64,000 nucleotides of DNA from an uncultured SAR86 cluster bacterium (lineage in GTDB: Bacteria > Pseudomonadota > Gammaproteobacteria > Magnimaribacterales > TMED112), in contig CACHFV010000001.1 in the NCBI GenBank assembly GCA_902579195.1, forward strand, positions 109,213 to 173,212, given 5' to 3'. Below, piece by piece: positions 9,683 through 18,575 of the stretch. Each line of letters starts with the position of its first letter. Positions within the stretch are counted from its first letter, which is position 1. Below the pieces are notes generated by a model. The model saw only the letters and a list, made by a program, of their open reading frames with translations. It was not told where the DNA came from and ran no database searches. The translations under genes were made by a program, and so were the position numbers.

Positions 9683-12670
9683 ATGAATAAATTTTATAAT
9701 GCAATTGTCGTTGTTTTAACGACTCTTTTCGTTGCTGCTTGTGGTGGGGGGAGTTCGTCTCCTGCTCCAACGCCAGCTCCTACACCGGCTCCAACGCCGG
9801 CTCCAACGCCAGCTCCTACACCGGAGCCAACACCAGAACCAACCCCAGAACCAACCCCTGCACCGGTTTCAGATTGTGCAGTAGGTGATGATTCAGGTGT
9901 TGATTATGCAGACTTTGATGGTCAGACTAAAAGCATTTGCGTTCTAAGTTTCCCAGCTGAACTACCAATCACAGGAGAAGTATCAATAAACAACGATGCT
10001 ATTTATGCTCTGAATGGTGCAGTTTTTGTGGGTGCTGGAATTAATGCAGATGGTTCAAGTGCTGGTGAAAATGGAATACTAAATATCGCTGAAGGTACAA
10101 CAATCATAGGTTCAGCAGGTGCAAATTACGAAGATGCAACTGCTCTAGTAGCCTCCTTTGACTCTGCTTTAGAAGTTTCTGATACAGACGTTGACTACTT
10201 AGTGGTAAGCCCAGGCTCACAACTTAATATTAGTGGTTCTTCTACAATGCCAGTAGTTATGACAGGTGCAAGTGATTTAACTGGTGAAGTTAATGATGGT
10301 GCTCAGTCACAATGGGGCGGTTTAGTTATATCTGGTTTAGCTACTCAGAATAACTGTAATATCGATGATATTGGTACTGCTGCATGTACTGCAGAAGGTG
10401 AAGGCGCCTCAGGATACTATGGCGGCACAGATGATGCAGACAACTCAGGTACAATGGCTTATTTCCAAGTTAAATATGCTGGATACCTTTTCACAAATGA
10501 AGATGAGTTAAATGGTATTGCTTTCCAAGCTGTTGGTTCAGGTACTGATGTTTCTTATGTACAGGTTCATAATGGTTCGGATGATGGTATCGAATGGTTT
10601 GGCGGTACAGTCGGCATTAAGAATTTTGTTGTCACAGGAGCATCAGATGATTCTCTTGATTGGACAGATGGATGGAGAGGTTATGCACAATACGGAGTTG
10701 TTGTACAGACACTCTTCCCTGTAACTGATGCATCAAGATCTAAGGATAATACTATTGAGGCAGACAACTTAGGTTCTGATATGGATAGAGCTCCAAGATC
10801 ATTCCCGTCACTTGCTAATGTAACATTTGTTCAAGATTACGGTGGCGATAAACTTCAGCTCAGAGAAGGAACAGGAATCAATTTATGGAATTCAATTGTT
10901 TCTGGTAATCCTGAAGATTCAGACGGATGTGTTGACGTTGATGATGATGAAACATTTAGATTCATGAGCGAAGAGAATGGTCTAAGTTTAGCTGGAACAT
11001 TATTTGACTCTGTTAAGTGTGGTACATGGTACTTTGATGATGGTAATGGTAATGTTGAAGCAGGCGGTGGCCTCGAAGATGACAACGATGTTGCTGATGG
11101 TGGATTTGCCTTTGATGTAGCAGCGTATATTGAAGCTAACGCTAATGTTGGTGCAACAGGTCTTCATGGCAGAATGAGGAATGCTGCTTACATAACACAT
11201 CCACTTGTTGGTTCATATTATGATGCAGCTGACGCTAATTCTATCGATCCAAGAGTTGAAACTGCTTCATTTATTGGTGGTGTTGAAAGCGAAGCAAATG
11301 ACTGGACAGTTGGCTGGACATTTGGTTTGCATATGGATGAGTTTGAATGTCCATATGGTACAACACTTGGCAACATGAAAGACGGTGCTGGTGCAGCGTG
11401 TGAACTTGTTGCTGCTCAATCAGAAGATAAGAACATAAGACTTGTTGGTGGTGGTTTACCATATCTTATGAAAGAGCAAGTGAAAGTCGGTGATGGAACA
11501 AATGTTGGTGCTAAGTACCTACAGATTGATCCTGGTGTAACTCTTTATAGTGACAGTGTCTTTGGTGAAGGTGCCACAGATGAGTATGATGCTATCGTTG
11601 TTCCGACATTCTCTAAAATTATGGCCAACGGTGCTCCAGGAGCTCCTGTAACAATGACATCAGGACGTGAAGTTAGATATCCAAGTGGTGATAATGCTGT
11701 TTCAGTAAACACCTCATCAGATTGGGGCGGTCTTGTAATTAATGGCTTAGCCACGCAAAACAATTGTAATGAAGCTGACCTAGGAACAGCAGCATGTACA
11801 GCTGATGGTGAAGGTAATTCAGGAAGTTATGGCGGTACAGATGATGCTGATAACAGTGGAAACCTTTTCTACTTAGTTCTTAAATACGCAGGTAGATTGT
11901 TTAATGCAGAAGATGAGCTTAATGGTATTGCATTCCAAGCCGTGGGAAGTGGTACAGAAGTTGATTATGTTCAGACATTTAATACTTCCGACGACGGAGT
12001 AGAATTCTTTGGTGGAACTGTGAGCGCTAAGCATTTGCTAGTGATGGGTGCATCCGATGATTCTATTGACTGGACTGATGGTTGGAGAGGTAATATCCAG
12101 CACGCTATTGTCTGGCAAGACCAAGGTCAAACCTTTGGGAAGGACAGGTCTATTGAAGCTGATAACTATGGCTCAGATATGGACAGATTGCCAAGGTCTA
12201 ATCCACAAATTGCAAACTTAACTATTGTCAGTGATGATGGTCAAGCAATTCTGCTTAGAGAAGGGACCGGCTTAGGGTTATACAACTCTGTTATCGCAGA
12301 TGATTCTGGCGAAAGTACATGTTTAGATATCGATAACGTTACTACGGCTGATTTCAATGGTGACGGTACTCTCGGTGAGGGACATGATTATGTTGGTAGT
12401 TTATTTGCTTGTGCAACAGCAGCAGATGCTGGTACTGGCGAAGATGATGTTTCAGCAGCAGATACACTTGCTTTAATGGAAGCTAACAGCACTGTAAGTG
12501 AAAATGGTGATTCCTTAAGTGGGTATACCAATGGAAGTGTTGAGGCTGCATTAACTCCAGCTGACACTTCATCAAATAGCTTCTTTGAAGCAACTGATCA
12601 TGTTGGTGCCGTAGCATCAGCTGAGTCAGACTGGACATCAGGATGGGCTTACTTTCCTGAGTCAGAGTAA
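9683..12670 (+). CDS. Large lipoprotein of unknown function with a Pro/Thr-rich tether and two tandem ~470-aa modules
   Basis: Lipobox TTLFVAAC followed by GGGSS. (PAPT)n(PEPT)n linker. Two paralogous modules lie 470 codons apart ([68 protein letters not shown]). An SD-like aggaaag precedes the ATG. Confidence 0.8.
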   Translation: MNKFYNAIVVVLTTLFVAACGGGSSSPAPTPAPTPAPTPAPTPAPTPEPTPEPTPEPTPAPVSDCAVGDDSGVDYADFDGQTKSICVLSFPAELPITGEVSINNDAIYALNGAVFVGAGINADGSSAGENGILNIAEGTTIIGSAGANYEDATALVASFDSALEVSDTDVDYLVVSPGSQLNISGSSTMPVVMTGASDLTGEVNDGAQSQWGGLVISGLATQNNCNIDDIGTAACTAEGEGASGYYGGTDDADNSGTMAYFQVKYAGYLFTNEDELNGIAFQAVGSGTDVSYVQVHNGSDDGIEWFGGTVGIKNFVVTGASDDSLDWTDGWRGYAQYGVVVQTLFPVTDASRSKDNTIEADNLGSDMDRAPRSFPSLANVTFVQDYGGDKLQLREGTGINLWNSIVSGNPEDSDGCVDVDDDETFRFMSEENGLSLAGTLFDSVKCGTWYFDDGNGNVEAGGGLEDDNDVADGGFAFDVAAYIEANANVGATGLHGRMRNAAYITHPLVGSYYDAADANSIDPRVETASFIGGVESEANDWTVGWTFGLHMDEFECPYGTTLGNMKDGAGAACELVAAQSEDKNIRLVGGGLPYLMKEQVKVGDGTNVGAKYLQIDPGVTLYSDSVFGEGATDEYDAIVVPTFSKIMANGAPGAPVTMTSGREVRYPSGDNAVSVNTSSDWGGLVINGLATQNNCNEADLGTAACTADGEGNSGSYGGTDDADNSGNLFYLVLKYAGRLFNAEDELNGIAFQAVGSGTEVDYVQTFNTSDDGVEFFGGTVSAKHLLVMGASDDSIDWTDGWRGNIQHAIVWQDQGQTFGKDRSIEADNYGSDMDRLPRSNPQIANLTIVSDDGQAILLREGTGLGLYNSVIADDSGESTCLDIDNVTTADFNGDGTLGEGHDYVGSLFACATAADAGTGEDDVSAADTLALMEANSTVSENGDSLSGYTNGSVEAALTPADTSSNSFFEATDHVGAVASAESDWTSGWAYFPESE
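9761..9865 (+). repeat. In-frame 12-bp-period tandem repeat encoding (PAPT)5(PEPT)3
   Basis: The nucleotide period cct/cca gct/gag cca acg/aca is repeated about 8.5 times. It encodes [35 protein letters not shown] directly after the lipobox. Confidence 0.85.
10307..10906 (+). repeat. Intragenic duplication, core of module A
   Basis: [33 protein letters not shown]...[15 protein letters not shown] aligns residue for residue with module B, with roughly 60 percent identity by eye. Confidence 0.8.
11717..12301 (+). repeat. Intragenic duplication, core of module B
   Basis: [33 protein letters not shown]...[15 protein letters not shown]. The W codon is offset exactly 1410 nt from module A, and module B is 5 codons shorter overall. 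Confidence 0.8.
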
Positions 12671-12708
12671 TTGCTTACCTCGCAGTTAGTAATTAACTCA
12701 GCCCTTTT

Positions 12709-12739
12709 AGCCACCTCTTCGGAGGTGGCTTTTTTTTTT
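12709..12739 (+). terminator. Rho-independent terminator
   Basis: Perfect 9-bp stem agccacctc / gaggtggct with a ttcg tetraloop and a run of 9 T, 39 nt after the lipoprotein stop. Confidence 0.85.
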
Positions 12740-12742
12740 AAA

Positions 12743-12760
12743 TTTCACAGGTTTGTAACA
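12743..12760 (+). promoter_or_regulatory. TTTCACA-N4-TGTAACA motif pair upstream of the TBDR gene
   Basis: Two heptamers with 11-bp spacing, related to the TGTCACA/TGTAACA copies at 9563..9631. Confidence 0.25.
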
Positions 12761-12813
12761 TTAAAGATTCATATGCTTCTTAAAATCATTAGAGGCATTC
12801 AGGAGTCACGCAA

Positions 12814-15339
12814 ATGAAAAGATCAATTTTTTATACACTATTTTTAACAACATTTATCCTTGGACAAGAAAGTTCAGAAGAACAAAACCAAAATGGGTCC
12901 ATTGAAGAAGTTCTTGTATCTGTAAGTTTTATCCCAGATGAAAAGAGAGATACAAGTGAAATTTCAAGCACTCTATCATCAGAATCTATGAGCATAGCTG
13001 GAGATAGTGAAGCTGCTGATGCATTAAAAAGAGTAACAGGCCTAAGTTTGGTTAAAGGCAAATATGTTTATGTTCGAGGTTTAGGTGAGAGATATTCCTC
13101 TGCTTTATTAAATGGGGTTCTTTTACCAAGTCCTGAACCTTTAAAAAGAGTCGTGCCCTTCGATATATTCCCTACTTCTATTTTAGAAAATGTTCTTGTT
13201 CAAAAAACATACTCTGCTCAATATCCAGGCGAGTTTGGTGGGGGTGTAATAGATATGAGAACTAAGCTTATACCTAATGAGGAGTTTTATGAGCTTGGTA
13301 TTTCAACAACATATGATTCACTAGCAACTGGTACAGAGGGAGATATAATGCCTGGTTATGATGATGATTGGACAGGGTTTGATACTGGCTACAGAGACCT
13401 TCCAAAATCACTAGGACCATTATATGAACAGGGAGATTTTATCTCTTTAGCAATAGCTTCATATTACGATATACAATCTGCTGCTCAGGGGTTTCCTGGT
13501 CAATGGCTCCCTGAAAAAGAAAGCTTTAATCCAGATTATGGATTTGATTTTGCTTATGGTAATTCTTATGACATGGGTGAGCTTGGAAACCTAGGTATAA
13601 TTATTTCAGCAGGCTACGATGCTTCGAATGATTATCAACCAGATATTGAAAGGAAAAATTTTTCAAGAGGTACTGGCGATTCATTGGTGGCAATGGATCA
13701 GTATCAAGTAAAGAAAAGCAATAAACAGATCGATACAAATGTTTTAACAACGGTTGGATGGGATATAGATAATTTCAATTATCTACAGTTTACTGGTTTG
13801 ATTGTTCGTAAAACAGACAACAGGCTCACTATAAGTGAGGGCAGAAATATAGAAGCTGACTTTGATGAAAGAAGAACAAAAATGGAATGGGTTGAGAGAT
13901 CAATTACATCCTCAACAATATCTGGAAAACATGATTTGGCTAGTGGATTATCAATTGATTGGAGAACAAGTTATGCAACTGGAAAGAGAAATTCACCATT
14001 TGAGAGAGAATACTTTTATGAGTTTCAAAACGGTGCCTATGAATTTTCACGTAGACAGGACAGCAATTACACAAACTTCTCTTGGTTAAATGATAATTCA
14101 ACTGAAACTGCCATTGATTTTATGTATCCAATTGAAACTGACAATATCATTGCAAATTTAAAGTTTGGATTTAAGACACTAAACAAAGAAAGAAATACCG
14201 ATGTTAAAAGGTATGCATTCTTACCAGATTTCACTAATGGTGCTTTATTTGCTGATCGTGAATTTAGAAGACAACCTATAGATATAATTATGGATCCTCA
14301 AAACTTTAGATATGACCGAACCGGACTTGTGCTAACAGAACTTTCTCTCAATACAGATAATTATGAAGGTGATATGTCTGTTGATGCTTGGTACGTTTCT
14401 GTTGAGAGCGACATCACAGAAACATTGAGTGTTAGTATCGGTGCTAGAAATGAAGATTCGCTGCTTGAAACAAATACTCGAACTTTTTTTGGTGGTTCTG
14501 ACAATGTTCAATCTGTAGATGCATTAGATAAATTGCTTCCAGCCCTTACGGCAACATACCAATTAAATGACAGCATGCAGATAAGATTTGGAATGAGTGA
14601 AACAATCTCTAGACCAATGTTCAGGGAAATGTCGCCTGTCTTGTTTGTTAACTTTGAAACTGACAGATTAGAACGTGGTTTTTCTGGAATAGTCTCATCA
14701 GAAATTGAAAATTTAGATCTCAGATATGAGTGGTATTTTGGTTTTGATGAATTTCTAACAATATCTTATTTTGAAAAAGATTTTGTAAATCCAATTGAGC
14801 AAGTTTTGGAAGCTGCAGCTACAAGCTCTTATGTAAGTTATCGAAACGCATTATCTGCTGAGCTTCAAGGAGCTGAATTTGAATATCAAAAACAATTTGG
14901 TGAATTAATCCAGGGTTTTGATTTCTTTGGAAAGATAAACTACACAGTTACAGACTCAAATGCAGTAACTAATCCGGAATTTATTACCTTATCTTCTTAC
15001 GATGATAGACCGCTTGTTGGGCAACCAGACGATATTTTAAATATCCAAATTGGTTATTATGGATCGGATGATTCAAGGCTAAGCATAATTTATAACGACG
15101 TTGGTAACAGAATAAGAGAGCTTGGATCAGATGTAATACCAAATGTTATGGAAGACCTTCCAGAAACCTTGGATATAGTTTACAAAAAAACATTTCAAGC
15201 CATTGATGGAAATTTAGATTTAACAATAAAGTTAAGAAATTTACTTGAGGAGCCTTATGAAGCATTGCAAGGCAATCAAGTTTATGAAACTTATTCATCA
15301 TCATCCTCAATTTCTATAGGCTTGAAGTACAGTTATTAA
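12814..15339 (+). CDS. TonB-dependent receptor (oligosaccharide-type plug subfamily)
   Basis: Signal peptide, TonB-box-like IEEVLVSVSF, plug VYVRGLGERYSSALLNGVLLPSPEPLKRVVPFDIFPTS...PGEFGGGVIDMRT, a long beta-barrel and an aromatic C-terminus. Confidence 0.9.
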   Translation: MKRSIFYTLFLTTFILGQESSEEQNQNGSIEEVLVSVSFIPDEKRDTSEISSTLSSESMSIAGDSEAADALKRVTGLSLVKGKYVYVRGLGERYSSALLNGVLLPSPEPLKRVVPFDIFPTSILENVLVQKTYSAQYPGEFGGGVIDMRTKLIPNEEFYELGISTTYDSLATGTEGDIMPGYDDDWTGFDTGYRDLPKSLGPLYEQGDFISLAIASYYDIQSAAQGFPGQWLPEKESFNPDYGFDFAYGNSYDMGELGNLGIIISAGYDASNDYQPDIERKNFSRGTGDSLVAMDQYQVKKSNKQIDTNVLTTVGWDIDNFNYLQFTGLIVRKTDNRLTISEGRNIEADFDERRTKMEWVERSITSSTISGKHDLASGLSIDWRTSYATGKRNSPFEREYFYEFQNGAYEFSRRQDSNYTNFSWLNDNSTETAIDFMYPIETDNIIANLKFGFKTLNKERNTDVKRYAFLPDFTNGALFADREFRRQPIDIIMDPQNFRYDRTGLVLTELSLNTDNYEGDMSVDAWYVSVESDITETLSVSIGARNEDSLLETNTRTFFGGSDNVQSVDALDKLLPALTATYQLNDSMQIRFGMSETISRPMFREMSPVLFVNFETDRLERGFSGIVSSEIENLDLRYEWYFGFDEFLTISYFEKDFVNPIEQVLEAAATSSYVSYRNALSAELQGAEFEYQKQFGELIQGFDFFGKINYTVTDSNAVTNPEFITLSSYDDRPLVGQPDDILNIQIGYYGSDDSRLSIIYNDVGNRIRELGSDVIPNVMEDLPETLDIVYKKTFQAIDGNLDLTIKLRNLLEEPYEALQGNQVYETYSSSSSISIGLKYSY

Positions 15340-15341
15340 TC

Positions 15342-15725
15342 GTGAATACAGTTTTGTTTGTTTGTGTTGAAAACGCATGCAGAAGTCAGCTTGCTGAGGC
15401 TATTGCTAATGCAAAATTTGGGGATTATTTAAAAGCTTTTTCAGCAGGCTCAAATCCTGCCAAAATAATTAATCCTAAAGCAGTTAGTTCTTTAGCCAGA
15501 ATAGACATTGTTTTAAAAAATAAAAGACCAAAAAATGTCCTTGCATATGAAGGTCATGACTTTGATTTTTGTGTAACCATGGGGTGTGGCGACGCCTGCC
15601 CAACATTTCTATCTTCGGTTAAAATTGATTGGAACATCCCAGATCCAAAACATATGAATGATTTTGAATTTGATCAAATAAGAGACCTGATAGAAAAGAA
15701 AATCGTTGAAGATCTTATAAAATGA
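15342..15725 (+). CDS. arsC: Arsenate reductase, LMW-phosphatase (thioredoxin-coupled) type
   Basis: GTG start 2 nt after the TBDR stop. CX5R P-loop VLFVCVENACRSQ, plus downstream cysteines in CVTMGCGDACP. Confidence 0.8.
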   Translation: MNTVLFVCVENACRSQLAEAIANAKFGDYLKAFSAGSNPAKIINPKAVSSLARIDIVLKNKRPKNVLAYEGHDFDFCVTMGCGDACPTFLSSVKIDWNIPDPKHMNDFEFDQIRDLIEKKIVEDLIK

Positions 15726-16363
15726 GAGCTTTAAGTAAAAAGATTTTTTCAGAGTTTTTAGGCACAGCAGCATTGGTTGGAGTTGTAGTGGGCTCAGGGA
15801 TAATGGCAGAGAATTTAGCATCAGGAAATATTGCTCTAGCATTATTGGCCAACGCACTGGCAACTTTTTGGGGGTTGTATTTCTTAATTACTTGTCTAGG
15901 TCAATTTAGTGCTCATTTTAATCCCGCAGTATCTTTAATCTTTTTTATAAAAAAGGATCTTGATAGTAAAACTTTTATATATTTCATTATTTTTCAAACT
16001 TTGGGAGCAATATGTGGAGCACTATTGGCTAATGCAATGTTTGATTTAGACATTTTTCAAATATCAGAAAAATTACGAACAGGATCAAACTTGTGGCTTA
16101 GTGAAGGAGTCGCAACTGCAGGTTTAATTCTAATAATTTTGCTTTCTCCAAAAGAGAAAACTGCAATTATGGTGGCCTCTTACATTGGTGCCGCATACTG
16201 GTTTACATCTTCCACATCTTTTGCAAATCCAGCAGTGACCATTGGAAGAGTTTTTTCAGATACATTCACAGGCATTGAACCTTACAGTGCTATGTATTTT
16301 ATTCTTTACCAGCTGATTGGTGCATTGGTGGGAATATTAATTTTTTCATTTATGAAAAAGTAA
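15722..16363 (+). CDS. MIP-family channel (aquaporin/aquaglyceroporin), candidate arsenite channel
   Basis: Two NPA boxes, SAHFNPAVS and FANPAVT, and 6 hydrophobic segments. The ATGA overlap with arsC suggests translational coupling. Confidence 0.85.
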   Translation: MRALSKKIFSEFLGTAALVGVVVGSGIMAENLASGNIALALLANALATFWGLYFLITCLGQFSAHFNPAVSLIFFIKKDLDSKTFIYFIIFQTLGAICGALLANAMFDLDIFQISEKLRTGSNLWLSEGVATAGLILIILLSPKEKTAIMVASYIGAAYWFTSSTSFANPAVTIGRVFSDTFTGIEPYSAMYFILYQLIGALVGILIFSFMKK

Positions 16364-16403
16364 CAATTCTTAATATTTTTAAAAAAATCGTTATGATGAG
16401 TAT

Positions 16404-17495
16404 ATGAAGTTGCGTGCTTTTATTTTACTTTTAATTTCAATTCAATCTGCTGTAGTAGCAGCAGATTACAATATTTCTCAATTAGGGAAGCGTTTTGATG
16501 ATCCATGGAGTCTGGCCTTTATCAGTGAAGATAAGTTTCTTCTCGCAGAACTAAGTGGCGAGCTCAAAGTTGTAAATTACACAACTGGTGAAGTTGAGGC
16601 ACTTGTTTCAAATGTTCCAGAGGTAGTGTATGCAAGCCAAGGCGGTTTGGCAGATGTAATCATTGATGATGCATTTGCTTTTACTCAACAAATCTTCATA
16701 AGTTATTCGGCTAGAGATGCTGATCAAAACAACCAGATAACTTTATTTGTAGCTCGAGCAAAACTCGTTGGAAACGCTCTTCAAGATGTCGAAGTTATCT
16801 TTAAAGCCCAAGCCCCAAGACGCATACCTATGCACCTAGGAGCAAAGATGGTTATTTTGACCGATGGCACTTTATTGATAGCTAGTGGAGATGGTTATGA
16901 CTACCGTGAGGCCGCTCAATATCTTGATAATCATTTTGGAAAGATGATCAGGATTAATAAAGATGGTTCTGTGCCAGAGGACAATCCTTTTGTAGGCGAT
17001 GAAAATGCATTGCCTGAAGTTTTTTCTTATGGCCATCGAAATATGCAAGGATTGCTTGTTGATAAAGATGGAACGATTTGGGAACATGAGCATGGTCCAA
17101 AAGGCGGTGACGAGATCAACATTTTAGAACCTGGTTTGAATTATGGTTGGCCTGCTATTTGTTATTGTGTAGATTACTCTGGCGCACAAATTACACCATT
17201 TACTGAAAAAGAAGGGATGGAACAACCGCTTAAATATTGGCGTCCATCAATTGCTCCATCAGGTTTCATACTTTACGCAGGAAAAGAGTTTCCTGAGTGG
17301 CAAGGGGATCTATTTTTATCTGCATTGGCTTCGCGTGATGTTAGACGAGTAAGTACTGATTTTAGTGAAAACTCAGAAGAGGTACTTTTTTCAGAATTAA
17401 ACGCAAGAGTCAGAAATATTTACGAAGCACCTGATGGAAAAATTTTATTATTGCTTGATGGTCCAGATGGTAGAATCCTGAAAATTTCAAAGTAG
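16404..17495 (+). CDS. PQQ-dependent soluble sugar (glucose/sorbosone) dehydrogenase family protein
   Basis: Signal peptide. Beta-propeller family motifs PWSLAF, GGLADV, SYGHRNMQGL, HGPKGGDEIN and NYGWP. Confidence 0.8.
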   Translation: MKLRAFILLLISIQSAVVAADYNISQLGKRFDDPWSLAFISEDKFLLAELSGELKVVNYTTGEVEALVSNVPEVVYASQGGLADVIIDDAFAFTQQIFISYSARDADQNNQITLFVARAKLVGNALQDVEVIFKAQAPRRIPMHLGAKMVILTDGTLLIASGDGYDYREAAQYLDNHFGKMIRINKDGSVPEDNPFVGDENALPEVFSYGHRNMQGLLVDKDGTIWEHEHGPKGGDEINILEPGLNYGWPAICYCVDYSGAQITPFTEKEGMEQPLKYWRPSIAPSGFILYAGKEFPEWQGDLFLSALASRDVRRVSTDFSENSEEVLFSELNARVRNIYEAPDGKILLLLDGPDGRILKISK

Positions 17496-17496
17496 T

Positions 17497-18321
17497 ATGG
17501 GCTTTCTAAGACACCCGATTGCAATTTTTACCGCTGCTGCTGTAGCAACTATATGCATAACTCCAATAACATCAGTATCGAATCTATTCTGGCTGATCTC
17601 AGCTGATATGCCAGTAACTTTGTGGACATGGCTGAGCATTATTTTTCAGGATTTTTTTAATTTAGGAATACCATTGCTTCTAGTCTTTGCTATTGGCTTT
17701 TCAATTGCATTTGCAGTGGCGAGGTTATTAATTATTCTCTTTAGATTGCCACCCAAGTTTATGTATGCTCTGGCTGGCTCCATAGCAATCGGAACAGCAT
17801 TATTTCTAATGGTAGAGCTATTGTTTAAAACTCATCCAATTGCTGGTAACAGAACACTTATTGGATCATTTTTTCATCTTGTTGGAGGATATTTTGGAGG
17901 ATTAGTTTTCTATAAAATGATAAATAAACCTACTACAGAGACATTAATTATAAGGTTTTTAGCATTTATACCGTTCATCTTGTTAGGCTCATCATCAGTT
18001 ACTTGGATTTTTGATCCAATTGTAGCTGCATCATCATTTGGCTTTGATTTTGAATCATTAAGCGATTATGGCAAGAATACTCTAATAAGAGATATGACAG
18101 CATTTTTTCTTGGCTTATCAATCTTCATGTTGCTTGGTATTATAACTTTAAACCAAACATGGTTTTTTTCTGTTTCTATAGTGATGGCTTGCGCCTTTCT
18201 TTTTAATTTGGTTGCAGTATTCCTATACGAAACTAACCAAAACTCAGCAATGATTTTTGAAGTTGTAGTAGCATTTTGGTTTTTAAGTTTAGGTTTGTGG
18301 CTTAAAAAACTTAAAAATTAA
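17497..18321 (+). CDS. Polytopic membrane protein, unknown function
   Basis: At least 7 hydrophobic segments and no recognisable motif. It starts 1 nt after the stop of the preceding dehydrogenase. Confidence 0.6.
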   Translation: MGFLRHPIAIFTAAAVATICITPITSVSNLFWLISADMPVTLWTWLSIIFQDFFNLGIPLLLVFAIGFSIAFAVARLLIILFRLPPKFMYALAGSIAIGTALFLMVELLFKTHPIAGNRTLIGSFFHLVGGYFGGLVFYKMINKPTTETLIIRFLAFIPFILLGSSSVTWIFDPIVAASSFGFDFESLSDYGKNTLIRDMTAFFLGLSIFMLLGIITLNQTWFFSVSIVMACAFLFNLVAVFLYETNQNSAMIFEVVVAFWFLSLGLWLKKLKN

Positions 18322-18374
18322 TGTAGCAAAAAGCTATTAAAACACTACTAAATAAATATAATATCAAGTTCTTT

Positions 18375-18451
<77 letters not shown>

Positions 18452-18494
18452 GTAATGTAGATTTCTATTCCAAAAAAAACTATTCTTAAACTTA

Positions 18495-18575
18495 AGTGCA
18501 AAGGGGAGGCTATGCCTGAGATCTTTTTAGGAACCCTTTGAACCTGAACCATACAATGATGGCGGAGGAATTGCA
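18495..18575 (+). promoter_or_regulatory. TPP (THI-box) riboswitch
   Basis: tgcaa-AGGGGAGGCtatGCCTGAGA...ACCCTTTGAACCTGA-ACCATacaATGATGG-CGGAGGAA-ttgca matches the THI element cores CUGAGA, ACCCUUUGAACCUGA and GCG-AGGGA. P1 (18497..18501 with 18571..18575) closes onto the SD and the start codon. Confidence 0.85.

Noticed and set aside
10512-11763. Five short ORFs (both strands) inside the lipoprotein gene
   Set aside because: They are off-frame or antisense to a 995-codon ORF whose duplicated modules are conserved in the annotated frame. There is no independent support for them.
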